Source: Kiritimatiellia bacterium (GTDB taxonomy: Bacteria > Verrucomicrobiota > Kiritimatiellia > RFP12 > UBA1067). From it: a stretch of DNA of 64,000 nt. The stretch covers positions 160,001-224,000 of the forward strand of contig JBMNFY010000008.1 in the NCBI GenBank assembly GCA_050949565.1. Reading direction: 5' to 3'. Under the pieces are notes generated by a model. It did not search any database and was not told the DNA's origin. It saw nothing but the letters and a program-made list of their open reading frames with translations. A program made the translations under genes and the position numbers. How positions within the stretch are numbered: the first letter of the stretch is position 1; every line of letters starts with the position of its first letter. Of this stretch, positions 40,793 through 50,240 are shown piece after piece.

Positions 40793-42586
40793 ATGAAACG
40801 AACGGTCCATCGCATCATGTGTACGGTTATTTTTTGTGCATCCGTGTTCGGCGCGCTCGCGCCACGCGCTTCGCGAGCCGGCGTCTATGACGATGCCACC
40901 GCCTGGTGGCATTTGGATTACGATCCAGATCACGATCCCCAAGCCTTGAATATAGCGGTCGCGAACGACATCCGCGATCAACGGGACTGGGGGACGACGG
41001 CGGTGAAGGGCGCGAGCGGATGGCATGCCTCCGGCGTGCGCGGTGTGCTCGGCGGTCCGCTCTGGACCAACGCCCCGGTCGTCTGCCCGGCCGGTGGCCG
41101 GCATTACGGCGGCCTCAGCCTGTGCTTCCGGCAGGAGACCAACGCTTTGGGGCAGGTATGGCCCGACACCATCAAGATCGACAACCTCCGCTTAGGCGGC
41201 TCGTCCACGATCGTGACCCGCTTCCGTTGGGACGGCATCACATGCAGTAGCGGCTACCCCGGTTGGATCTACAACAATTCGCTCAGTTGGAGCAGTCGGC
41301 AGGGCTGGATGTTCGGCGTGCGGCACGACGGCGGCAACCGCCTGGGCATGTTCGTCGGACAGACCGCTTTTTATCTAGGCACCTCCTCAAACGTCATTAC
41401 CGGCAAGTGGTACGATGCCGCCGCCGTGCTCACCGACAACGGCCCCGATAACACGGACACAGTCGAGCTTTTCCTCTGGCCCGAGGACGGCACGCTCCTG
41501 TACCAGAAGTTCACGACCTCTGCCGTCACCAATACGATAAGCGGCTCAGGCACGGTAATCGGCTCGGAGTCTTTTCAGGACGGCTACACCAGCCCATCGG
41601 CATCCAATTCCGGCAAAAGCTTTAAGGGGCTTATCAACCATCTCGCGGTCTGGAATCGGGCGCTCTCCTACGAAGAAGTGCTCGAAGCCTTCTGCTTCCC
41701 GCAACCGCTGGTGCAGATCGGCCTGCACAATAGTGCGGTGACGGAACTGCGTGTCGAGACCGAAGCCGACCCCGTGTTTCATCCCGGCGATCCGTGGCAC
41801 ACCGTACCGCGCGCACTCAACACGACGCATCCCGACCTGACGCTGAAGATCCCACTGACGGATCTACAAACGAACCTCAACTATGTCTTCCACCTCAAGA
41901 CATTCCAGACCAGCACCGCAGGACAAAAAGCCAAGCTGCGCTTCTCCGTCAATGCCGCAACCGGCCGGGACATCCGGCTCGGGGCCAATCAGGATTTCTT
42001 CTGGCCGATCCCCAAGGAGCAGCTTGTGGGCGGCACCAACACCTTCACGCTGAGTTACGTTGGCGGACCCGCCACATGGATATCCTTCGATTGGATGGAA
42101 CTGGGCGGCGCGTGGCAAATGGGAATCGACAACAACAGCGCCGGGGAGTTTATCGCAGAAAACAAGACCGGCGACCACTTTTACATCACCGACCCGAACT
42201 GGAAGAATTTGGAGCGCGCCATTGTGCAAGGATCAGACTCCAACACCGTGCTCCATTTCGTGCTGTCGCCTGAGATGGTATCGAATGTCACCTTCTCCTA
42301 CACCACGCGCATCGTTCAACAGGGGTGCAACCCGGGCACCCTGCCCACGCCACCCTACCCCTTTAGCATCGGCGTGAACGGGCGCATCCTCTACCAATCC
42401 ACCGGTCTGCCGGACAACACACTGCTCAACCTGCCGTTTGTACCCGGCGACCTGCGGCCCGGCGAGAACGACATCAACCTGATGTTCAACAGCACCAACG
42501 GCTGGTTGCAGTTTGATTTTCACCGGCTCGACACGCAGCCGTGGGAGTTGCCATGGCCCGGTGGATCACTCCTCTACCTGCAATAG
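40793..42586 (+). CDS. Secreted LamG/concanavalin-like protein with two C-terminal CBM-like repeats
   Basis: AAGGAG SD; signal peptide; FKGLINHLAVWNRALS; duplicated Q.G..N.S..E...WI.FD..EL and WLQFD..RL modules. Confidence 0.8.
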   Translation: MKRTVHRIMCTVIFCASVFGALAPRASRAGVYDDATAWWHLDYDPDHDPQALNIAVANDIRDQRDWGTTAVKGASGWHASGVRGVLGGPLWTNAPVVCPAGGRHYGGLSLCFRQETNALGQVWPDTIKIDNLRLGGSSTIVTRFRWDGITCSSGYPGWIYNNSLSWSSRQGWMFGVRHDGGNRLGMFVGQTAFYLGTSSNVITGKWYDAAAVLTDNGPDNTDTVELFLWPEDGTLLYQKFTTSAVTNTISGSGTVIGSESFQDGYTSPSASNSGKSFKGLINHLAVWNRALSYEEVLEAFCFPQPLVQIGLHNSAVTELRVETEADPVFHPGDPWHTVPRALNTTHPDLTLKIPLTDLQTNLNYVFHLKTFQTSTAGQKAKLRFSVNAATGRDIRLGANQDFFWPIPKEQLVGGTNTFTLSYVGGPATWISFDWMELGGAWQMGIDNNSAGEFIAENKTGDHFYITDPNWKNLERAIVQGSDSNTVLHFVLSPEMVSNVTFSYTTRIVQQGCNPGTLPTPPYPFSIGVNGRILYQSTGLPDNTLLNLPFVPGDLRPGENDINLMFNSTNGWLQFDFHRLDTQPWELPWPGGSLLYLQ

Positions 42587-42602
42587 CGAACCGAGCAAAG
42601 GC

Positions 42603-42631
42603 TTGCTCCCGCGACTCCGTTCCACTATAAT
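42603..42631 (+). promoter_or_regulatory. Sigma70-type promoter of rpoN
   Basis: TTGCTC-17 nt-TATAAT. Confidence 0.7.
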
Positions 42632-42700
42632 ACGGGCATTTACAAAATGTGGTACGGATGATGCTTGCAGAAAGTGAGCACTCTCCAGAATGGTACTCGC

Positions 42701-44146
42701 ATGGCAGGTCCATATCTTAGTCTTAGTCAGCAGCAGCGTCAGGTGATGACGCTTGCGCCGCAACTGCGCCAGTCGCTGGAGATGCTCCAGATGCCGGTGA
42801 TGGAGTTGCGTGCCGCGATCCTTAAAGAGATGGCCGTCAACCCGACGATCGACGACGTCAAGGATCCAACCGAAGCCTTGCTGTCGGAGGTCCAGCCCGA
42901 CCCTCCGCAGGAGCACCCCACCGACGAAGGGCTCGATTTCGACCCCGACGTGGACGCGATCCTGCGGCAGGACGACGAGTGGCGCGACTACTTCCTGCAA
43001 GGCATGGAAAACGCGCCGTCAAACGAAGATGCCGAAGAAAAACGGCAGTATCTCTTCGACTCCATACGCCAGGAAGACTCGCTGCAAGACCACTTGATGA
43101 AGCAGCTCGTCCTGACCGAGATATCGCCGGAAGACCGGGAACTGGCCGTGATGCTGATCGGCAATATCAACGACGATGGTTACTTCACCGGCAGCCTGCC
43201 GGACATCATCATGGTCACCGGCCGTAGTGAACACGATGTCGTCAAGGTCCTCAAGGTGATCCAGTCGTTCGATCCGCCCGGCGTCGGCGCACGGACGCTA
43301 CGCGAGTGTCTCCTGCAACAACTCACCCTTGTAGAAGATTCGCCGTGGGAGGACGAGGCGCGTCTGCTGATCGACAAGTATCTGGAAAAACTCGGCGACC
43401 GCGATGAAAGTTTTCTCTGCAAGGCGCTCGCGCTGAACCGCGATGAGTTGGCGCATGTGATCGCGTTGGTGCGCAGCCTCAATCCCCGCCCAGGGCGAGC
43501 CTTTGAGAGCGAGGTGACAGAATACGTCGAGCCGGAAGTTTTTGTAACTTGGGAAAAGGGGCGTTTCGTAGCCAGAGTGGACAACGGCCAACTGCCGCAC
43601 ATCCGCATCAGCACACATTACCGTAAGCTGCTGGAGGACGAGAACGTTTCAGCCGAGACCAAGTCCTACATCCGTGAACGCATCCGGGCCGGCGCGTTTC
43701 TGATCCGCAGCATCCACCAGCGCCAAGAGACCATCCGCAAGATCGCACAGGAAATTGTCGATGCCCAGACCGAATTCCTGCACAAGGGTATCGAGGCCCT
43801 CCGCCCCATGACCATGGCCGAGGTTGCTAAGAAGGTGGGCGTGCATGAAACCACGGTCAGCCGTACCGTCGCCAACAAATACATGCGCACGCCGGTCGGC
43901 CTGTTTGAAATGAAATTCTTCTTCACGCCCGGCCTGAAGGGCAAGGACGGAGTGGCAGTCTCCAACAAGGCGGTGCAGGATCAGATCATGCGTATCGTGC
44001 AGGCCGAAGACCCGACGGCACCGCTTTCCGATCAAGCGATCGAAGAGAAGCTGGCCGAGCAGGGCATCACCGTCGCACGCCGCACCATTGCCAAATACCG
44101 CGGCATCCTCAAGATTCCGCCATCGCACAAACGCCGACGCACGTAA
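42701..44146 (+). CDS. rpoN: RNA polymerase sigma-54 factor
   Basis: Gln/Leu-rich region I (LAPQLRQSLEMLQ), DPPGVGAR.LRECL, HETTVSR, RpoN box ARRTIAKYR. Confidence 0.97.
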   Translation: MAGPYLSLSQQQRQVMTLAPQLRQSLEMLQMPVMELRAAILKEMAVNPTIDDVKDPTEALLSEVQPDPPQEHPTDEGLDFDPDVDAILRQDDEWRDYFLQGMENAPSNEDAEEKRQYLFDSIRQEDSLQDHLMKQLVLTEISPEDRELAVMLIGNINDDGYFTGSLPDIIMVTGRSEHDVVKVLKVIQSFDPPGVGARTLRECLLQQLTLVEDSPWEDEARLLIDKYLEKLGDRDESFLCKALALNRDELAHVIALVRSLNPRPGRAFESEVTEYVEPEVFVTWEKGRFVARVDNGQLPHIRISTHYRKLLEDENVSAETKSYIRERIRAGAFLIRSIHQRQETIRKIAQEIVDAQTEFLHKGIEALRPMTMAEVAKKVGVHETTVSRTVANKYMRTPVGLFEMKFFFTPGLKGKDGVAVSNKAVQDQIMRIVQAEDPTAPLSDQAIEEKLAEQGITVARRTIAKYRGILKIPPSHKRRRT

Positions 44147-44184
44147 CAACAACCGACGACCTCGAACGGAACGAGGACAAAAAA

Positions 44185-44405
44185 ATTTAGGATTTGGGAT
44201 TTAGGATTTAGGATTTTTTCACTTCGGCGTCCGGCGTTCGGTGTTCAAGTTCTGTGGGCGGCGTTTACGCCGCCGGCCGAGCAGACGCTCGTCCCTCCCG
44301 GTGCTGCGCGAGCCCGGATCACAGGCACTGGAGGGCGAGCGTCCTCGCGAGCCGCCTTCCGCGCGTTGCGCGGAGGGACTAAACTCCTAAATCCTAACTG
44401 CTAAC
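44185..44405. repeat. Composite intergenic element: heptamer arrays flanking REP families A, D and C
   Basis: (TTTAGGA)n at 44185-44215 and complementary (TCCTAAA)-like units at 44378-44405; REPs at 44252, 44278 and 44329. Confidence 0.8.
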
Positions 44406-45354
44406 TCAGCGCTGTTGCGCTGCTGCGCGGCAGCTTGAAGACCAACGAGTCTTCCTCAACTGCCGCCAGCCTTTCGGGTGCCGGAAATCCGTAGCGCTCA
44501 CGCAGCCGCGCCACCGCCGCATCAAGAAACGATTCGGGCGTGGACGCGCCGCTGGTCAACCCGAGTTCATGCACCGCCTCCAGATCAAGCTCATCAATCT
44601 GCTCCAGCGTACTCACCAACTCCGCGACGGCACCAGCCGCACGGGCGGTCTCGACCAGCCGCTGGCTGTTCGAACTATTGGCAGAGCCCAGCACCAGCAC
44701 ACGCGCACAATGGTCCGCCAGCACCTTCACCGCCTGCTGACGGTTGCGCGTGGCATAGCAGACATCCGTCGCGGCCGACTGGAGCAACGCAGGGAAGCGC
44801 CGACGCAGCACCGCCATGACCGCATCCAACTGCTCACCGCCCAATGTGGTCTGTGCCACCACCGCCACAGGCACATCCGGCGGCACCGCCAACGCTTCGG
44901 CCTCGGCCGCGTTCTCGACAACCCGCACCCGCTCCGGTGCCTCACCGGCCACGCCGATCACCTCTTCGTGCCGACGGTGTCCAATGCAGATCACGCAGGC
45001 ACCCTGCGCCGCGAAGCGCCGCACCGCAGCATGCACCTTGGCGACAAACGGGCAAGTCGCATCAATCGTACGCAACTTCCGCGCTGCCGCACGCGCCACC
45101 ACATCGGGTGCCACGCCGTGCGCGGAGAAGAGCAGCCGCGCGCCCACCGGCACCTCGTCGACCGATTTGACGAACCGCATGCCCAAGCCGGACAACCGCC
45201 CAACCACCAGTTGATTATGTACGATCTCGTTGAGACAGTAGATCGTCTCTCCGGGGTAACGCGCAAGCAGCGCCTCAGCCGTCTGCACCGCCCGCGCGAC
45301 GCCAGAGCAGAAGCCGTGCGGCTCAACCACCACCAATCGTTTGCGCGCGCTCAC
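44401..45354 (-). CDS. ispH: 4-hydroxy-3-methylbut-2-enyl diphosphate reductase
   Basis: GFCSGV, IVHN, FSAHG, DATCPFV, HEEV, VCYATRNRQ, SSNS, TSGASTP; GTG 45354 overlaps the upstream stop. Confidence 0.96.
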   Translation of the reverse strand: MSARKRLVVVEPHGFCSGVARAVQTAEALLARYPGETIYCLNEIVHNQLVVGRLSGLGMRFVKSVDEVPVGARLLFSAHGVAPDVVARAAARKLRTIDATCPFVAKVHAAVRRFAAQGACVICIGHRRHEEVIGVAGEAPERVRVVENAAEAEALAVPPDVPVAVVAQTTLGGEQLDAVMAVLRRRFPALLQSAATDVCYATRNRQQAVKVLADHCARVLVLGSANSSNSQRLVETARAAGAVAELVSTLEQIDELDLEAVHELGLTSGASTPESFLDAAVARLRERYGFPAPERLAAVEEDSLVFKLPRSSATALS

Positions 45355-45671
45355 GGTGTCACCTCCCCCTCTCCGTCCGCAGTCCGTTCCAGTTCCGCGA
45401 GGATCCGCTCCGCTGGCGTCAGATACTTCTTCTCGGCGTTGCACGCCTTGCACGCCGGCACGACATTGCCCTTGGTACTGGTGCCGCCACGCGCGACCGG
45501 CACCACATGATCGAGCGTCAGAGCAGCCGCACCAACCTGCCGTCCGCAATAATGGCAAACGCCTTTCTGGATCTGCCGCTGCCACCACTCGCTCTTGCGC
45601 AACGCACGTGCCTTCTCACGCTCGCGCGCCACATGCCGCTCGTCTTTCCGGATATCGATCCACTCGCTCAT
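45351..45671 (-). CDS. Small HNH endonuclease
   Basis: CHYCG, LTLDHVVPVARGG, NVVPACKACN. Confidence 0.92.
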   Translation of the reverse strand: MSEWIDIRKDERHVAREREKARALRKSEWWQRQIQKGVCHYCGRQVGAAALTLDHVVPVARGGTSTKGNVVPACKACNAEKKYLTPAERILAELERTADGEGEVTP

Positions 45672-46420
45672 TTTTTCCTCAGTGCCATCAAGCGCCGCGC
45701 GTGATTCTCCTCGGCCACCGCCAGCGCCGCGAAAGTCTCGCGCAGGCGCGGGATCGTACTCTTCTCGGCAAGCGTCCGGTAGAACTGTGCCATCGCACGC
45801 TCATGCTCGATCGCGTGCTCGACCGCCTTGGACGCTTCGGACGCGTCCTGCATCAGATCCGCCACGGCGGGCAACGCATCGGCCATCTCCTGCGTAATCG
45901 GCAGGTCGCGTTCGGCGCCTGCGGCCAGCGCACCCATCATCGCCTCGTGATGCCAACGCTCTTCCAACGCCAACCGCTCAAAAACCGCCTTTTCCTCTGG
46001 ATCAAGCGAACGCGCCGCCAGCGTCTCGTAGTCTTCAAACGCAGTCTGCTCAAAGATCGCCGCCTGCTGGATCACGAAACTCCCCACCCAATCGGTGATC
46101 GCAGAGATTTCGCGCGTCGGTGCCGCGACCACCTGCCTGCGCGGAAAGAAAGCCTCCCGCAGCATCAGCACGCCGAAAATCAGGAACAGCACACCGCCTG
46201 CGCACTTGATGTAGCGTTCATCAGGCACAAAACGCCGCAACAGGTCGCCCGCCAGCACACCGAACGCCGTCGAGGTAATCAGCGCCAGCGCCCCAGCGGT
46301 GAAAACAGTCCATTTCGCCGACGACGCAGCCGATTGGCTCATCACCGCCAACTGGGTCTTATCGCCCAGCTCCGCCAAGAAAATCAGCATAAAGGTACTT
46401 CCAAACAGCGCCCAATTCAC
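45668..46420 (-). CDS. TMEM165/GDT1 (UPF0016) half-transporter fused to a rubrerythrin/ferritin-like domain
   Basis: FLAELGDKTQL and three TM helices; then E...EERWH and E...EENH diiron pattern; AAGGAG SD before GTG 46420. Confidence 0.88.
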   Translation of the reverse strand: MNWALFGSTFMLIFLAELGDKTQLAVMSQSAASSAKWTVFTAGALALITSTAFGVLAGDLLRRFVPDERYIKCAGGVLFLIFGVLMLREAFFPRRQVVAAPTREISAITDWVGSFVIQQAAIFEQTAFEDYETLAARSLDPEEKAVFERLALEERWHHEAMMGALAAGAERDLPITQEMADALPAVADLMQDASEASKAVEHAIEHERAMAQFYRTLAEKSTIPRLRETFAALAVAEENHARRLMALRKK

Positions 46421-46529
46421 ATCGCTCTCCTTGATTAGATGGAAGTCAGGAGTATACCCTTTGCCGGGCTCCGTTGAAAGTTGAACGTTCACAAAGATGA
46501 ATCATCCGTGTTTCACACGAAGATCGCCG

Positions 46530-46559
46530 TTGTCACGACTGGCCCCTCCTTGGTATGAT
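46530..46559 (+). promoter_or_regulatory. Promoter of the Tad/Flp operon
   Basis: TTGTCA-18 nt-TATGAT with TG extension, 7 nt before ATG 46567. Confidence 0.6.
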
Positions 46560-46566
46560 ACCCGTG

Positions 46567-46746
46567 ATGTTGAAACTGTCGCATAAAAGAAATTCGCGTC
46601 GTAGCCGTTCCGGTCAGGCCATGGTCGAGTACTTGATCGTATTCGTGGTCATGCTCATGGTCGTCACGGTGTTGTCGGTTTTTCTTTATGCAGTGAGGCA
46701 GCAGTCCAACCGAACGCTGGACCTAGTCGCCTCGGAATACCCCTGA
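46567..46746 (+). CDS. Flp/TadE-type prepilin-like protein
   Basis: Basic leader RRSRSG then QAMVEY and a hydrophobic helix. Confidence 0.75.
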   Translation: MLKLSHKRNSRRSRSGQAMVEYLIVFVVMLMVVTVLSVFLYAVRQQSNRTLDLVASEYP

Positions 46747-46784
46747 GCAATGAGGTACGGGGAATGAACAAACGGGAGGAACTC

Positions 46785-47024
46785 ATGAAACGTCGTTTCG
46801 GCCGTCGTAACGGCCAGACCATGGTCGAGTACATCATCATCGTGGTGTTGATCGCTATCACGCTACTGGTTCTGTTCTCGCGTCTCAGCAAAGCCACCGG
46901 CCGCAAGATCGCCGGTGCAACATCCGCATTGGACGCCGATGCCGGATCCGAGGCCGAATCTCTCGCTGAGGACATTGACGAGAACAAAGTCAGGAACCTG
47001 AACTCCGACGGCAGCTTCCAGTAA
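46785..47024 (+). CDS. flp: Flp-type major pilin
   Basis: GGAGGA SD; MKRRFGRRNG then QTMVEYIIIVVLIAI (Flp EY motif). Confidence 0.85.
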   Translation: MKRRFGRRNGQTMVEYIIIVVLIAITLLVLFSRLSKATGRKIAGATSALDADAGSEAESLAEDIDENKVRNLNSDGSFQ

Positions 47025-47106
47025 TACAGAGGTCGGCGTGAACAGACCTTCCAGGCGGACACAGAGTGCCGCCGCGCGGTCCGGTATGCCGGGCAGGCGG
47101 CGGCAA

Positions 47107-47151
47107 TGGAGGGCGAGTGTCCCCACGAGCCGCCTTCCGCTATGCGGAAGG
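47107..47151. repeat. REP-like family C (TGGAGGGCGAGYGTCCYCRCGAGCCGCCTTCCGC...GCGGAAGG)
   Basis: Copies at 44329-44377 and 49830-49874. Confidence 0.85.
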
Positions 47152-47802
47152 ATGGGGTCCAACCGATTACGTTGCGGCCAGGCCATGATTGAATCGGTCT
47201 TCGTGATCATCGTGGCCTGCCTTTGCTTTTTCGCCATCTTCCAATACGCCAACCTGTTCGCGGCCAAAGCCGTCTTGAGCCACGCGGCCGCGCGCGCAGC
47301 ACGTTCCCGGGCGGTGGGATTCAACCAGTGGATGGTTGTGAAAAGCGCCCGCGTGGCGGCCATACCAGCCTCCGGACGACGGCTGACACCGGCATCTGTC
47401 GGCGTCGATCCCGCCGTCAGAGCCGCGCTCCAGAGAAACCGCGTCGGCGACATCTGGGACTTGGCGCTGGAGACCGACGTCCGCTCCCCGGGCACCCAAC
47501 TGGAGGTCGCCCGTGTCCCTGACTACATGGACAGCGATAACGACGCTACCGCTGAGTACCTGCTCAATTATGAACTCTGGGATGCCCTCTCCGTAGACAT
47601 CAGGGAGCCGATGGATGTCGGCGGGATCACCCCCGGCATCCTGACCGTAAACCTGTACCAACGTCACCCCCTGCTCATCGCGCTCGAACCACTGGCCCGC
47701 GGGGAATTGCGCGATGCCGGCGAAGACGATGAGTTGGCGCTCGGAGCGTTCTATTCGATCGAAAGCCATTACCCGCTTTACATGGAGGACATGAACTGGT
47801 GA
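47152..47802 (+). CDS. TadE-like pseudopilin
   Basis: RLRCG then QAMIES and a TM helix, then HAAARAARS. Confidence 0.8.
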   Translation: MGSNRLRCGQAMIESVFVIIVACLCFFAIFQYANLFAAKAVLSHAAARAARSRAVGFNQWMVVKSARVAAIPASGRRLTPASVGVDPAVRAALQRNRVGDIWDLALETDVRSPGTQLEVARVPDYMDSDNDATAEYLLNYELWDALSVDIREPMDVGGITPGILTVNLYQRHPLLIALEPLARGELRDAGEDDELALGAFYSIESHYPLYMEDMNW

Positions 47803-49241
47803 GCCGCGGACACAGATCCGGATTGGCGGTACCGCCCGCTCATTCCGGACAGGTGGCGGTCTTCCTGCTGCTCGCGATGACCGTCCTCGTCTTCATGCTG
47901 CTCTTCATCGTCGACCTGCACAGTATCATCCAGCGCAAGAATCAAACCCAGAACGCCGGTGACGCCGCAGCTCTCGCGGCAGCACGCTGGCAGGGTGCCA
48001 CCCTTAACCTCATGGGTGAGTTGAACCTGTTGCATGTGCTGGCGCTTGTCAACAACCAGACCAACGCCGTCGACGCCATCACCAACATGCAGGCGCGGCT
48101 CAACTTCACCGGTCCGATGACCGCACTCTTCGCAGCCCAGATCGCCGCTAAGAACAACCGCATGTACGTTGACTCCGAAATGACCGACCTCCTGCGTGAA
48201 CATGTCGGCACCATCCGCATGCAGTATGCCTCCGTCTTCGACGGTGAACTCTACTTCCCGGAACCCTGGCCGGGCGCTTGGCCGCAAGTCGCCGACATGC
48301 TCGGTCAAATCGTCGCCGACGGCATCGCGGCCGGCCCCGACAACGCCCAGTTCTTCCTTGATCCCTCCACAGACCACATCCTCACGCAGAAAGCCTTTTA
48401 CGACGCTGTCATGGGCCAAAACTGGTGCTGGTTTTATCTCCACGCCCGCGGCTTGCTGGAGTCCTACTCCTCCTTCCGTGACTGGCCCGCACTGCCCGAA
48501 TTGGGCGTGGCCGATTACTCAGACGCCGAAATCTTTGGCATCGGTCTCTTTCCGATGACGGCCCGTCTGGATGCCTTTTTCTCTGCGTCTGAACTTGAAG
48601 AGCGCTTCCATGAAGCCGGGTTCCACACCGTTTCCGCCGCGCAGCTCGTTGACACCAATGTGATGCAACGCGGCGAGACCTGGTACTTTTACAATCCGAG
48701 CGAATGGTCGGAGTGGACACGCATCAAGCCGGACGGTGAGGACAGCTTCCCGGTGACCGGCACCGTGCGTCCGGAATACGACCGCGCCGGCGCTGACGCA
48801 GTGGTCCGGGTCTACGCCACCGTTGAACGTGAAACCCCCGGCGGCGGAGGCAGGCGCCGTAGTGACAAGGTGGTCTGGACTGCAGCCGCCAAGCCCTTCG
48901 GCTATCTGGAGGACGGCACCGGACGGCGACCGGCGACCGACGCCTCTTACTTCGCACTACCCGCCTTTCGCGATGTCCGCCTGATCCCGGTCGATGCCGC
49001 TTCCGGATCCGAAAACAGCACCTCTGACGTCGAATGGGTGCGCCATGTGCGCAACCATCTCCGCCCCTATCTTGAAACAGGGCCGCAATCCCCGACCTGC
49101 CGCTATTGTCTCGCGCTGGCAACGTGGGAAAACGAGGCATTCCGCCAAGCGGGCATTGACTGGCTCGCGCTCTACCATCAAAACTGCCGCGTGCGTTCTC
49201 CCGGCGGCCGCCGCGGCGGGGGTTCTCGGAGGGGACACTGA
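47799..49241 (+). CDS. TadG-like pilus-associated protein
   Basis: SGQVAVFLL, TM helix, QNAGDAAALAAA (Tad N-terminal motif). Confidence 0.82.
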   Translation: MSRGHRSGLAVPPAHSGQVAVFLLLAMTVLVFMLLFIVDLHSIIQRKNQTQNAGDAAALAAARWQGATLNLMGELNLLHVLALVNNQTNAVDAITNMQARLNFTGPMTALFAAQIAAKNNRMYVDSEMTDLLREHVGTIRMQYASVFDGELYFPEPWPGAWPQVADMLGQIVADGIAAGPDNAQFFLDPSTDHILTQKAFYDAVMGQNWCWFYLHARGLLESYSSFRDWPALPELGVADYSDAEIFGIGLFPMTARLDAFFSASELEERFHEAGFHTVSAAQLVDTNVMQRGETWYFYNPSEWSEWTRIKPDGEDSFPVTGTVRPEYDRAGADAVVRVYATVERETPGGGGRRRSDKVVWTAAAKPFGYLEDGTGRRPATDASYFALPAFRDVRLIPVDAASGSENSTSDVEWVRHVRNHLRPYLETGPQSPTCRYCLALATWENEAFRQAGIDWLALYHQNCRVRSPGGRRGGGSRRGH

Positions 49242-49780
49242 TGCGCACATGTGCCAGAAACAAAACCGGACAGGCGGCAATTGAATTCGTTGTCTGCCTG
49301 CTGTTGATCCTGCTCGTGCTGACCGGCATCATCCACGTCGCGCGTCTGGCCAGAACCTCGCTCTTCCTGCATGCCGTGCTGCGGGGCGATGCCGGCCGAC
49401 GCGCAATGCGCAGCGGAACGCTCGCCCGCGCACCAACGCACATTTCGGACTGGAGCCCCGGAGCGGACAACATCCGGCACACGGCTGACGACCAGCCCGT
49501 CCATCGTGGAATGGTCGTCCCCAACACAGCGCAAACGCTGACCGACTTTTCCGTCCGCTCCGCCTCCGACTGGACGTTTGTTGCACCAGACAGCCGCCTG
49601 CCGCTCTCTATGATCCGACTGCGCGAATCGCCGAACTCCGTCACCATCGTGGGGTTCGCCCATGGCGAAGAGACCCTGCATGTGCCTGTCGACCACGTGC
49701 TGCGCGAACTCGTCTACGACAAAGACGACGTGGCCATCAAAGAAGAGGTCTGGATGCCGCTAATGGGAGGGCTCTATTGA
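49241..49780 (+). CDS. TadE-like pseudopilin
   Basis: KTG then QAAIEF and a TM helix; TGATG overlap. Confidence 0.82.
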   Translation: MRTCARNKTGQAAIEFVVCLLLILLVLTGIIHVARLARTSLFLHAVLRGDAGRRAMRSGTLARAPTHISDWSPGADNIRHTADDQPVHRGMVVPNTAQTLTDFSVRSASDWTFVAPDSRLPLSMIRLRESPNSVTIVGFAHGEETLHVPVDHVLRELVYDKDDVAIKEEVWMPLMGGLY

Positions 49781-49787
49781 TTTTGAC

Positions 49788-50240
49788 ATGATGAACATGA
49801 TTAACATGATTTGGAGGCGAGCCATGATTTGGAGGGCGAGCGTCCCCGCGAGCCGCCTTCCGCTGTGCGGAAGGATGATTTCAGGTTTCACGGCGGAGCA
49901 CCGTGAGGGGCAAGCGTCTGCTTGCCCGGCGGCGCATGCGCCGCCCACGCCCGCAGTACCGGCAGTGCCCGCAGTCCCCGCAGCAATCTGGAGTGCGCGT
50001 GACAAGCTCCGCGCTGTGCGCGGCGGCGCTCCGCGCCGCCCCCCTCTCGTGCCCGCGCACCTCCGTGTGCGTGGCGGCGCTCCGCGCCGCCCCCCTCTCG
50101 TGCCCGCGCACCTCCGTGTGCGCGGGGCGCGGCACCGCTTTCCCTCCGCGCCGCGCGCGGAGGGTTCCCCGTCTCTGCCGATCCTGCCGGGACTGCGGAT
50201 CCTGCGGGTGCCGCTCCGCGCCAGACTGTCATCCGGCGGC
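49788..50240. repeat. Mosaic repeat tract: family C REP, 9-nt units, 2 x 51-bp tandem (50016-50117) and the element shared with 3429-3500
   Basis: Seen directly; the 51-bp unit translates as VRGGAPRRPPLVPAHLR. Confidence 0.8.

Noticed and set aside
45351-45671. HNH as a Cas9/IscB fragment or homing element
   Set aside because: Only 106 aa, no RuvC motifs, no flanking RNA or element ends, tightly coupled inside an operon
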